A stretch of 64,000 bases of DNA from Planctomycetota bacterium (lineage in GTDB: Bacteria; Planctomycetota; UBA1135; GCA-002686595), in NCBI GenBank assembly GCA_047611405.1, contig JBLFWN010000006.1, positions 35,610-99,609 of the forward strand. Direction: 5' to 3'. The notes under the pieces were generated by a model. It was not told the origin of the DNA. It saw nothing but the letters and a program-made list of their open reading frames with translations, and ran no database searches. The number at the start of each line of letters is the position of its first letter. Positions within the stretch are counted from its first letter, which is position 1. The position numbers were made by a program, and so were the translations under genes. This document shows, piece after piece, positions 18,981 through 28,027 of this stretch.

Positions 18981-20521
18981 GGTTGTTCTGCCTCCAACCA
19001 CCTGAAGCCGAGCTGCGCGAAGCGCCCACGGCTCTGTTCGCCACGCAAGGACTGCAGCAGACGTTGCAAGGTACGAGCATGAGGCGAGTCGCGCAGGATC
19101 GCGAAGGGCTGAACAGCGACAGCTCCTACAAGATCCAATTCGATGCGATCGAGTTCCGCTCCCGCCAAAGCCGCGTTGGAGGTGTACACGATTGTCGCAT
19201 CGAGCGAGCCGGCCCGCATCTGATTGACGAGTAGATCCCCGGTCGGTGACTCGACCTTCAAGTTCCCACTCTGCGCCAAGGCCTCAACGAGCCGAGCACG
19301 CGTCAAGAGTTTCTGCGTCAGTGCACCCAGCGCGGACTTCTCGGGATGACCCAGCCCGACACGTAGGTCCTCGCGGCACAGGTCATCCAGCCCAAGCAGG
19401 CCGCGCGGGTTGCCTGCGGGAACGAGCAGGACCATCGGATTTTGGACTAGTTCAACACCGCTCTCGAACAAGGGCTGCACCATGTCCAGAAAGCTGCTGT
19501 CACATGCGAAGTAGGCATCCGGCAAACGGCCCGTGCGCATTTGCGCGACGAGCGTCCCGCAACCGTTGTAGACGCGATCGATTGCAAAACCTTCGCGCTG
19601 CTCGAAGGCGTCCAGTGTGGCCTCGACAGCGGGCCGCAGCATCGCGCCGCTCATCAACAGTAGACGTGCCTCCTGTTCGAAAGCGTCACCGGCACTTGGA
19701 GTGAATCCATGCGATTGGAATGCGGCAGCCCCCAGGTCAGAGGAGGCCATATAACGCGCGAAGGCCAACGCGCGCGCGGGTTGGACGCAGACGGCGAGGA
19801 TTCCACTGGTGACGCGCTGGGGCCTCTGCTCGAGCGCATCGACTCGCACGACTTGGAGACCGTCATAGTTTGCAAGCGTCGCATCCCAAACAACACAGAC
19901 GTCCAGGGCCCCCAACGCGAGGTCACTAGCCAACTCATTGACGGTCGGCTTTTCGACTTTCAAGTTGGCATGCACAGCCTCCCAGCGACCCGAGAGCTGA
20001 AGTACGGAGCGCGCAACTCGACCAATCGCGGCAGCTTCAGGGTTGCCGAGGCCGACGCGAACATCGGCGCGTTCGAGATCGGACAAAGCTGTGATCGCGA
20101 GCGGGTTTCCGTGCGCGACTGCGAGCACGGGCCGCATCTCGGCCAACTCAACGCTCTCGCGCACCGTGCCGGCAGCCTGGGCTCGCTCCACGAAACTAAC
20201 ATCTCCCGCGATGTACAGATCACCTCGCGACCCGGCTTGAATCGATGAGAGCAGCGTGCCCGATCCACCGTAGTTCAGCTCGATTCGAGTGCCGGTCCTC
20301 TGCTCAAAATGAGCCGCTAGCTCGGCCACAGGGGCACGAATGCCCGCTGCACAGTGCACGAGCAGCGTGCCACCACTCGCATCAGGGGTGCGGCGACGGC
20401 CACCATTCGTGATCAGTGCGATGCAGATTACCAGGACCAGCGCCGCGCCCACAAGAATGGTGCCCGGCCTGTCGATGCTGCCACGACGAGTGCGCATGAT
20501 GCGGAGGATAGTCGGACGCAC
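18977..20521 (-). CDS. modA: tandem (duplicated) ModA-like periplasmic molybdate/oxyanion-binding protein
   Basis: 514 aa with an N-terminal anchor or signal. There are two consecutive ModA-type halves. Half 1: LLVHCAAGIRAPVAELAAHFEQRTGTRIELNYGGSGTLLSSIQAGSRGDLYIAGD...VRVGLGNPEAAAIG. Half 2: LLLMSGAMLRPAVEATLDAFEQREGFAIDRVYNGCGTLVAQMRTGRLPDAYFACD...LRVGLGHPEKSALG. An alternative start is at 20497. Confidence 0.75.
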   Translation of the reverse strand: MRPTILRIMRTRRGSIDRPGTILVGAALVLVICIALITNGGRRRTPDASGGTLLVHCAAGIRAPVAELAAHFEQRTGTRIELNYGGSGTLLSSIQAGSRGDLYIAGDVSFVERAQAAGTVRESVELAEMRPVLAVAHGNPLAITALSDLERADVRVGLGNPEAAAIGRVARSVLQLSGRWEAVHANLKVEKPTVNELASDLALGALDVCVVWDATLANYDGLQVVRVDALEQRPQRVTSGILAVCVQPARALAFARYMASSDLGAAAFQSHGFTPSAGDAFEQEARLLLMSGAMLRPAVEATLDAFEQREGFAIDRVYNGCGTLVAQMRTGRLPDAYFACDSSFLDMVQPLFESGVELVQNPMVLLVPAGNPRGLLGLDDLCREDLRVGLGHPEKSALGALTQKLLTRARLVEALAQSGNLKVESPTGDLLVNQMRAGSLDATIVYTSNAALAGAELDRIELDLVGAVAVQPFAILRDSPHARTLQRLLQSLRGEQSRGRFAQLGFRWLEAEQP

Positions 20522-20557
20522 CCAATTAAGCGTGGACTCGACCTGTAGAATGAACGC

Positions 20558-23500
20558 ATGCGAATTCGAACAGCTGTCTCGCTGATTGTGTGCTCGCTCC
20601 TACCGGTCGGAATCAGCCTCGCTTGGGGCCTGCATGCGACCGGCTCGGCAACGCGGGCGAGCACTTCGCGGGAATCGTTCTTGAATGATCCATCTCGAGC
20701 AGTCTCGGCGCTGGCTCCACAGCCGGCGGTATCACCATCTGTGGCTGAACCGCCATTGGCGACCTCGGACTGGCCAAGTCAACGCGGCGATCTGGGAAGG
20801 CGCGGACACAGTGACGAGCAACTCGACGCGTCCGCTTTAACTGAAGCATGGACGTGGCACTCGGCCTCGCCACCAGAACCCGCCTGGCCTGGCCCGGCGC
20901 GCTGGGACGCGTTCGCCAAGCTCCCCGGGCTGAAGTCGATGCGCAACTACGACCCGGCCTTCCACGTCAGCGCAGAAGGAGATGCCGTTTACTTCGGCTC
21001 CTCCAGCGACGATGCGGTGCGCTGTTTGGATGCAACTTCTGGCGAGCAGCGCTGGCTCTTCCGCAGCGGTGGTCCGGTTCGTGTCGCACCAACGGTCTTC
21101 GGGTCGCATGTGTACTTCGGCTCGGATGATGGCGCGGCTTACTGCTTGAACAAGAAGAGCGGAGAGCTCGTTTGGCGTCACGACTTGATGCCGAACGCGA
21201 CTCGCATCCTCTGCAACGCCCGTCTGATATCGCCCTGGCCTATTCGCACCGGCGTGCATGTCGCGGACGGTGTGGCCTACTTTGGTGCTTCCCTCCTGCC
21301 TTGGCGTCCCTCCTATCTATGTGCGGTCGATGCCAAGACCGGAGGTGCCCCAGAAATCGGCGAGCGCGACGGAACACGATTCGTGCGCGACCTCGGTACG
21401 GGATGGAGCCTTGAGGGCGCGCTGCTTGTCTCAGCCGAGAGCTTGATCGTGCCGCAAGGCCGCATCGCACCGCTGATATTTGAACGCGCGACCGGCAATC
21501 CACAGGGCACCCTCGAGGGAGGTGGCGGAAGTTTCTGCTTACTGACGGAGAACGACCAGGTGTTGCACGGGCCGGGCAACAAGGATGGTTGGATCACGGC
21601 TTCAGAAGCTGGCTCGCGTGCCAAGCTGGCCTCCTTCTCACGCGGCAATGCGATTGTTGTGCGCGACAAGACGGCCTACATGCTCAGCGACAGTCGCTTG
21701 GCCGCGCTCGACATCTCGACCCAGACTTTGCTCTGGAGCCGAGCGGTGCAAACCCCCTTCGAGATCATCCTGGCCGGAGACACGCTGTATTGCGCAGGCG
21801 ACGGCATCGTCGAAGCGCGCGAGCTCTCGGATGGGCGTTTGTTGTGGAGAGGCGATGTGCTCGGCCGCGTCTGGGGACTGGCTGTTGCTCGCGGACGCTT
21901 GCTCGTCTCGACCGATCGCGGATGCATCAGCGCGTTTGAGGCAGGCGACACGAAAATCCCGCAACCCGATGAGCGCGTAGTTGACGAGGAAGGCACGGAA
22001 CTCGAACCTCCGCCGCCCGTCGCCAAGAACCTGCGCAGCAGTACGCTGCTTGATCGCTGGGTGTTTCAATCCGATCATCTGCGCGAGACCGAGTTAGCCG
22101 AGGATGATCCGCGCACCGCTCCGGCCTTCGTCAATCTCGGCAAGGGACTCGCCATTCGGCCAGTAGGCAGGACGCAACTGCAGCAGGCTGGAGCGCTACA
22201 CGCCTTGGCTCTCGACGGCAGATCTGGGGACCTCGAAGTCTGCTCCGACATGCACCAAGTCGCGCACCCGGAGAAGAAGATCAGCGTGACGACGACGGTC
22301 CGAATCGATCGAGCTCAGGCCTGGGGTGGATTGATCGGAATGGCGCAAGACAATGGCGAGTACGAGCGTGGCTGGATGCTTGGCTTCCGCGAAAACCGCT
22401 TCGGATTTGCCCTCGCTAGCAAAGAAGGGACGGGACGACTGACGTGGCTACTTGCGCCGGACGGATTCACGCTTGGCTCATGGCATGTCGTGACTGGAAC
22501 TTATGATGGGCGCACGATGAAGCTGTTCGTCGATGGCGCCGAGGTCGCATCCAGCGCAGCCGAATCCGGTGACATCAACTATCCGGAGACAGCTTACTAC
22601 CACATCGGCGCCTACCGCGACGCAGACGAGTACTTCCGCGTCAGTGGCTGCATCGCCGAGCTCAGCGTGCATGCCGCGGCCCTCTCATCTAAGGATGTGG
22701 CGAAGCTTTGGAACGAGCGCAAGGCCTTGTTGCCGCGGCCTGTCGCCGTCGGGGAAGTGAAGCGGGAAGAGAAGCCGCTGCTGCACTCTCTCAAGCTCGC
22801 GCGCAAAGCGTCTGTTCGATTCATAGGCCCCGGGAGGGCTTTGGTCGAATGGCAGCTCGCGGAGGAAGCGAGTGTAAATCTGCACGTAACTCCCGAAGGT
22901 GGCGAGAGCGCAGTCATCGCGGGTTCCGGCAAGACACACAATCACAGTGTGCTGCTAAGCGGTCTGCGCGATCAGACCGTCTACGAGTGCGTCATCATTT
23001 CCGAGGATGGCAAGGCATTCAGCAAGTCATTCGAGTGCGACACGCACTTCGACCTCTTTCGCGGCTCGCAACAGATTTCCTGGCAAGCAGCAGCACAAGA
23101 TCCAACGATCACTGCGATCATCGACGTGTGGCAGGCGCGCAGCCCGGTTCAGAAAGGCATCGCAGTCGTGCTGGGCTGCTCAGGCACGGAAGAGGAGTTT
23201 GTGCAAGTCGCGCAGCTCGCCAGCCGGATGGATGGCGTGATCGTTCTTACCGAAGATCGGCAAATCGCTGCCTACCAAATCGAGTTGGCCAAGCTCACTC
23301 CTTATGGCGCGCGGCTCACAGTTCTGGCTGTTCCGAATGAGGGCGATCTTGCGTTGCCCAATAACTTCGCAAACCTGGTTCTCGTAAGTCCATTCGATGC
23401 AACGGAAGGCGCGGAACTACTCAGCAGAGGCGCATATAATTTAGTGCGTCCCGATGGCGGCATGCTCGTCATGGCCTCACAGGCAGCGACAAACGCAAGC

Positions 23501-24919
23501 ACAGGATTCACTGCGTGGGAGTCAGTCCCTCGTCCAGGTGCATCGCATTCCTTTGCATTGCGTCACCCACTCGAGGGCTCGGCGGATTGGAGCCATATGT
23601 ACGGGCTACCCGACAACTCCGGTTTTGGTGGTGAGACGCTGTCCGGCGTGAAAGACACCTCTGGCCTTGAGCTCAGCTGGATCGGTCGTCCCGGACCGCG
23701 CTATCAAACGGATAGGCAGAACCGAAAACCGGCCCCGCTTTCGACCGCTGGACGCCTGTACTTACAGGGCATGAATCGTGTTCTCGTTCTCGATGGCTAC
23801 AACGGCACGCTCCAATGGGATGTGGGCCTGCAGGGTCTGCAACGCTTTAATATCCCTCGCTCCTCGAGCAACTGGTGTGCGGACCGAGAGTCGCTCTACC
23901 TCGCGATGGGTGATCTGCTGCACGTGCTCGAAGCCAAGACCGGAGCAGTGACCGCACTTCATACGGTCCAAGTCCCTGATGCCGTACGAGCACGAGCACC
24001 AGAGACCGAGTGGGAATGGGGCTATGTCGCGCAACAAGCTGGAACATGCTTCGGTTCCGCCGTTCGGGCGGGAAACCAATTCACCGAGTGGTGGGGTGGC
24101 GAACATTGGTTCGACGCGAAGGACGGCGAGAAGGCCAAGAAGGTCTGCAGTGAGGCGCTCTTCGCAATCTCGAAGGAGGACGGTGAACTGCTCTGGAGCC
24201 GTTCGGTTGGCCGAGTGATCGAACCGACGATCGCGATCAGCGAGGGAGCCATGGTCTTTGCGGAGTGCCGTAACCCCGCAGCCATGGGATTGGACTCGGC
24301 GCGCGTGGGCGATGAGTTGTGGAAAGACCTCTGGCTCGTCTGCCTCGACGCCCAAAGCGGTGCCCTGTTGTGGGAGCGCGAAGCCAAGCCGTTGCCCGGC
24401 AAAGTTGCGATCTTCCTGGCAGCCGCGGAGGGTACGGTCGTGATGGTCACATCAGGTCTTCACCGCTACCCGGACAAAGCAGAAGCCGTCGGAGAATACG
24501 CGGTCTATGCCTTTGCTCTCCAAGACGGGAAGAGCAGCTGGCGCAAGAAGTTTGGCTGGGAAGCCGATCACCATGGCAAGCACCTCTCGCGGCCGTCGAT
24601 CGTTGGAGGCCATCTGATTCTGCGACCGATGACCTTCGATCTCGCGACAGGCGACGAGCTGCGCAATGCATTCCCCAATGGTCATCAATGCGGCAGCTAT
24701 GCATGTTCGAGCGAGGCCATATTCCTGCGCGCAGGCGATATGACGGTTTGGAATCGAGAGACGGGCTCCGCCTCCAGCTGGTCGCGTCTCAGGCCCGACT
24801 GTTGGATCAGCACGATCCCCGCGGCCGGGATGCTGTTGAGCCCTGAAGGTGGCGGCGGATGTTCCTGCGGGAAGTGGATCCAAGCTTCGATGGGCTTCTC
24901 TGCCAAGCGTGGTCGCTGA
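20558..24919 (+). CDS. giant secreted multidomain protein: PQQ-like beta-propeller, LamG/concanavalin-like domain, FN3-like segment, degenerate class-I methyltransferase-like fold, second PQQ-like propeller
   Basis: 1453 aa with signal MRIRTAVSLIVCSLLPVGISLAWG. Propeller repeats such as GDAVYFGSSSDDAVRCLDATSGEQRWLF and GSHVYFGSDDGAAYCLNKKSGELVWRH. LamG motif WHVVTGTYDGRTMKLFVDGAEVASS. MTase-like stretch IAVVLGCSG..VIVLTEDR..LPNNFANLVLV..LVRPDGGMLVMA. More propeller repeats in the last about 400 aa. Confidence 0.85.
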   Translation: MRIRTAVSLIVCSLLPVGISLAWGLHATGSATRASTSRESFLNDPSRAVSALAPQPAVSPSVAEPPLATSDWPSQRGDLGRRGHSDEQLDASALTEAWTWHSASPPEPAWPGPARWDAFAKLPGLKSMRNYDPAFHVSAEGDAVYFGSSSDDAVRCLDATSGEQRWLFRSGGPVRVAPTVFGSHVYFGSDDGAAYCLNKKSGELVWRHDLMPNATRILCNARLISPWPIRTGVHVADGVAYFGASLLPWRPSYLCAVDAKTGGAPEIGERDGTRFVRDLGTGWSLEGALLVSAESLIVPQGRIAPLIFERATGNPQGTLEGGGGSFCLLTENDQVLHGPGNKDGWITASEAGSRAKLASFSRGNAIVVRDKTAYMLSDSRLAALDISTQTLLWSRAVQTPFEIILAGDTLYCAGDGIVEARELSDGRLLWRGDVLGRVWGLAVARGRLLVSTDRGCISAFEAGDTKIPQPDERVVDEEGTELEPPPPVAKNLRSSTLLDRWVFQSDHLRETELAEDDPRTAPAFVNLGKGLAIRPVGRTQLQQAGALHALALDGRSGDLEVCSDMHQVAHPEKKISVTTTVRIDRAQAWGGLIGMAQDNGEYERGWMLGFRENRFGFALASKEGTGRLTWLLAPDGFTLGSWHVVTGTYDGRTMKLFVDGAEVASSAAESGDINYPETAYYHIGAYRDADEYFRVSGCIAELSVHAAALSSKDVAKLWNERKALLPRPVAVGEVKREEKPLLHSLKLARKASVRFIGPGRALVEWQLAEEASVNLHVTPEGGESAVIAGSGKTHNHSVLLSGLRDQTVYECVIISEDGKAFSKSFECDTHFDLFRGSQQISWQAAAQDPTITAIIDVWQARSPVQKGIAVVLGCSGTEEEFVQVAQLASRMDGVIVLTEDRQIAAYQIELAKLTPYGARLTVLAVPNEGDLALPNNFANLVLVSPFDATEGAELLSRGAYNLVRPDGGMLVMASQAATNASTGFTAWESVPRPGASHSFALRHPLEGSADWSHMYGLPDNSGFGGETLSGVKDTSGLELSWIGRPGPRYQTDRQNRKPAPLSTAGRLYLQGMNRVLVLDGYNGTLQWDVGLQGLQRFNIPRSSSNWCADRESLYLAMGDLLHVLEAKTGAVTALHTVQVPDAVRARAPETEWEWGYVAQQAGTCFGSAVRAGNQFTEWWGGEHWFDAKDGEKAKKVCSEALFAISKEDGELLWSRSVGRVIEPTIAISEGAMVFAECRNPAAMGLDSARVGDELWKDLWLVCLDAQSGALLWEREAKPLPGKVAIFLAAAEGTVVMVTSGLHRYPDKAEAVGEYAVYAFALQDGKSSWRKKFGWEADHHGKHLSRPSIVGGHLILRPMTFDLATGDELRNAFPNGHQCGSYACSSEAIFLRAGDMTVWNRETGSASSWSRLRPDCWISTIPAAGMLLSPEGGGGCSCGKWIQASMGFSAKRGR

Positions 24920-26189
24920 ACCATTGGCATCTTCAAGCACCACATTCCGGGGACTCGTCGGTCTCCTCTGCATCAGCAGCAGCTTGCTGTTTTGCAGGTA
25001 CACCGTGCGCGACATCGGCTTTGTCGATCTCGTGGGCGCCGACTATGCGCTGCGGCTGCATGCGCCTGCGGAACGGCATCTCGCCGCGTCGGAAGTCTTG
25101 GCCGCATTCGACCCCGAGGCGATCAGCAACATCCGCTTCGAGTATGTTCCAAGCGAGGGTCCCGTGCGCTGGAGCCTAGCTCGCAGTGCGCGTCAGGAAA
25201 TCACACTCGAGTCCGCGCCAGCGCCGGAGGCCACATCAGATCTAGGCGCCGATACGACGCTGAACGACATACTTGATGGACCCGTGTTGTCCCGCATCTC
25301 ACAGGAAGCGCTGGACACTTTTGCCTTCGTGATCCGAATCGACAGCACAAGCACAGCACGCAATGGAAGGGTGCAGCGGATTGCAAACTCTGCGATTCGG
25401 CGGCTCGAAGAGGTCGCATCCCAATTGCCGCGTCCAATCACGCAGCCCCTTCAGCAGATCGTCGTGAGTTCAGAGGACCGCTCTCGCAGCCCGATCCTGC
25501 TGTGGTCCTTGGGACTCGCAGATCTGGCGCAGGACGAGAATGCACTGGCCTTGGTCTACGGACGCGGCAAGTTGGCAGGTCCGGTTCTGCAAGCGGATGC
25601 GATCGAGGAGCGCGAGCTCATCGAGCAGCTCGTATTGATCGGTGAGTCTTGCGAGTGCGACACATCTCGCGCTTGGAACGAGGAGCCACGTCTTCCGTTG
25701 CGTTGGGACGACGAACAACGCGCGGCCGCGATCGGGCCGCTCGGCTTCGACCCGGACAGCCCAATGGTCATGGGCGAGGTCGCACGCATCCTGACTCGTG
25801 GTCCCAAGCAGGTGTCAGAACGCCCGGACGATCCGATCGAGTCGTTGCTGTTTGGCTATCAAGAGACCGACCTAGTCGCCGACTCACTCGCCCCTGCACG
25901 AGGAGGCGCCACCAATGCCACGACGACTAGCAGTGCGGCTGCTGAGCGCGACATCCTCGTTGTCGAGGCTGGTGAAGGTGACTGGGGCTTCGAGGACGAG
26001 AGTACCAGCCCACCGGACGAGCAGCGGGCGTACGAGCCCGAGAGTGCTGCGCCAGCCGAGCCGCATGCGGAGTCCCCTAGCGCACTCGTAGCGAGCTGGC
26101 GCAGTGGAATCGTCATAGGACTCGTGGCCTTCTTGTTGCTGGTCTGCGTGGCGGTTGCGCTTCTGGTGCGAGGAGGCGAACGCAGATGA
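24909..26189 (+). CDS. hypothetical protein with N-terminal hydrophobic segment, acidic linker and C-terminal TM anchor (start uncertain: GTG 24909 or TTG 24924)
   Basis: Same frame as ORF 24849-26189. The candidate starts overlap or abut the upstream stop (24917-24919). N-terminal segment FRGLVGLLCISSSLLFC. The C-terminus WRSGIVIGLVAFLLLVCVAVALLVRGGERR is preceded by an acidic E/D/P-rich stretch. The stop overlaps the next start as ATGA. No family recognised. Confidence 0.6.
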   Translation: MVAEPLASSSTTFRGLVGLLCISSSLLFCRYTVRDIGFVDLVGADYALRLHAPAERHLAASEVLAAFDPEAISNIRFEYVPSEGPVRWSLARSARQEITLESAPAPEATSDLGADTTLNDILDGPVLSRISQEALDTFAFVIRIDSTSTARNGRVQRIANSAIRRLEEVASQLPRPITQPLQQIVVSSEDRSRSPILLWSLGLADLAQDENALALVYGRGKLAGPVLQADAIEERELIEQLVLIGESCECDTSRAWNEEPRLPLRWDDEQRAAAIGPLGFDPDSPMVMGEVARILTRGPKQVSERPDDPIESLLFGYQETDLVADSLAPARGGATNATTTSSAAAERDILVVEAGEGDWGFEDESTSPPDEQRAYEPESAAPAEPHAESPSALVASWRSGIVIGLVAFLLLVCVAVALLVRGGERR

Positions 26190-27340
26190 ATCTTTTGTCC
26201 GCCATGCTAGCCGAGCTGAGGCACCGCTGGATTTCGGCTGTGCTGACCACACTCGTGGTTGCCTTCGCCGTCTCCGCCGTCGCCGGCTTCGTCATCTTGA
26301 GCCGTGCAGCAGAGCAAGAGACGCGAGTCGTGCAGCGCGACATCGGACTGAACGTGTTGATCTTGTCCGATCAAACGGTGTTGACGGACTACTATGCGCA
26401 CGGCTTTGCACAGCACGACATGCCAGCCGAGTACGTCGAGCGGCTCGCGGACCAAGCTGTTGCCAATCGCCTCGTGCCCCTGCTGCGCCGCCGCGTAGAG
26501 GCTCAGTCGGGTTCTCGATCGATGCCCGTGATGCTGACAGGTATTGGTCAAGAGGTCTTCAAAGGCGGCAAGAAGATGAAAGCTGTCTTCGGCAAGCAGC
26601 TGGCTGCGAATGAAGTCGTCATCGGCGGCGAAGTGGCGGCCATGCTGCAAATCCAGCGGGGGGACAGCCTCGAGCTCTTTGGCGAGAGCCTGCATGTCAC
26701 ACGCGCGTTGGCAGCTGCAGGGACAGCCGAGGATGTCACCGTCTATGGCAATCTGAAAACGGTGCAACGCTTGATGAAGCTCGAGGGGCGCATCAACGAG
26801 ATTCAAGCGATCGAGTGCCATTGCGGCGATGAAATCACGGATCCCTTAGCGCACTTGAAGAAGCAATTGGAAGCCTTGCTACCTGGAACACGCGTGCTGC
26901 GGCGCGCTGCCTTGGCGGATGCGCGCCGATCCCAACGCTTGTCTGCGGAACGATTCGTCAGTGTGGTCACGCCTGTCGCTGCCCTTCTTGGAGCGTTGCT
27001 TGTCGCCGTCCTCTCCTGGCTCAACATGCGTGAGAGACGAGCTGAACTGGGGTTGCTGCGGACGCTTGGATTCCGCAACCTGCGCGTCAGCACTTTCTTG
27101 CTTGGCCGGACCCTGCTCATCGGCTTGGCGGGTGCAGCCATTGGCTGCCTCGTCGGTGAACGAGTCGCACTCGATTGGATTCCACGCATCTATAGCGTGA
27201 CAGGCGCGAAGGCAACCGGCCTGGGACCGCTGTGGCCAGTCACGCTCGCACTCGCATCGCTCTGCACACTAGCTGCTGCATCGATTCCGATCGTGTTGGC
27301 CATGCGCAGCGATCCGGCGGAGGTCTTGAGTGGCGAGTGA
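26186..27340 (+). CDS. FtsX/MacB-type ABC transporter permease (N-terminal TM, periplasmic domain, C-terminal FtsX 3-TM bundle)
   Basis: 384 aa beginning MNLLSAMLAELRHRWISAVLTTLVVAFAVSAV. A periplasmic stretch of about 220 aa follows. The C-terminal helices (VVTPVAALLGALLVAVLSWLN..., LLIGLAGAAIGCLVG, LWPVTLALASLCTLAAASIPIVLA) have typical FtsX topology. Confidence 0.85.
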   Translation: MNLLSAMLAELRHRWISAVLTTLVVAFAVSAVAGFVILSRAAEQETRVVQRDIGLNVLILSDQTVLTDYYAHGFAQHDMPAEYVERLADQAVANRLVPLLRRRVEAQSGSRSMPVMLTGIGQEVFKGGKKMKAVFGKQLAANEVVIGGEVAAMLQIQRGDSLELFGESLHVTRALAAAGTAEDVTVYGNLKTVQRLMKLEGRINEIQAIECHCGDEITDPLAHLKKQLEALLPGTRVLRRAALADARRSQRLSAERFVSVVTPVAALLGALLVAVLSWLNMRERRAELGLLRTLGFRNLRVSTFLLGRTLLIGLAGAAIGCLVGERVALDWIPRIYSVTGAKATGLGPLWPVTLALASLCTLAAASIPIVLAMRSDPAEVLSGE

Positions 27341-27998
27341 AAAGTTGTTCGAGACGAGTGCTTTGACGCGCGAGTTCAGACTCTCGCGTAGCGCACCCAG
27401 GCTTCGTGCTCTGGATGGAATCGACCTCGCGATCGACCCAGGTGAGTTCATCGTCGTACGAGGTCCGAGCGGCTGTGGGAAGACGACCCTGCTACTCACG
27501 CTGGGCGGCCTTCGGCGCCCGACGGCAGGCCAAGTGCAATTCGAGGCGCGCGATCTCTATGCACTCGATGAAGCCAGCCGAGGCGTGCTGCGAGCGGGCC
27601 CGATAGGCTTCGTGTTCCAAGAGATGCACCTCCTGCCGTACTTGGGAGCACTGGCAAATGTAGTTCTCGCGGACACCGATGGCGGGAGCACCTCACGCGC
27701 AGAAGAGCTACTGCAAGCTCTCGGCTTAGGCGAACGGATGCATCACCGTCCCGCTCAATTGAGCGCCGGCGAACGACAACGTGTCGCTGTCGCGAGGGCG
27801 CTGGTCAGACGACCCAAGGTGATCCTTGCCGATGAGCCAACAGGTAGCCTGGACCCGGAAAACGCTGCCATCGTGCTCGGTCAGCTGCGCGACTTTCATC
27901 GATCCGGAGGAACCGTGCTGCTGGTTACACATGCAGAGTCTCCCGCTGTGCCTTCCACAGCACGCTCGCTGCACATGGCCGCGGGTCGCCTGCTCTGA
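27330..27998 (+). CDS. ABC transporter ATP-binding protein (LolD/MacB/FtsE-like)
   Basis: 222 aa; the GTG start overlaps the permease end by 11 nt. Walker A GPSGCGKTT, signature LSAGERQRVAVARA, Walker B VILADEPTGSLD. Confidence 0.9.
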   Translation: MASEKLFETSALTREFRLSRSAPRLRALDGIDLAIDPGEFIVVRGPSGCGKTTLLLTLGGLRRPTAGQVQFEARDLYALDEASRGVLRAGPIGFVFQEMHLLPYLGALANVVLADTDGGSTSRAEELLQALGLGERMHHRPAQLSAGERQRVAVARALVRRPKVILADEPTGSLDPENAAIVLGQLRDFHRSGGTVLLVTHAESPAVPSTARSLHMAAGRLL

Positions 27999-28027
27999 GT
28001 GAACACTGGAATGCGAGTGCGAGTACA

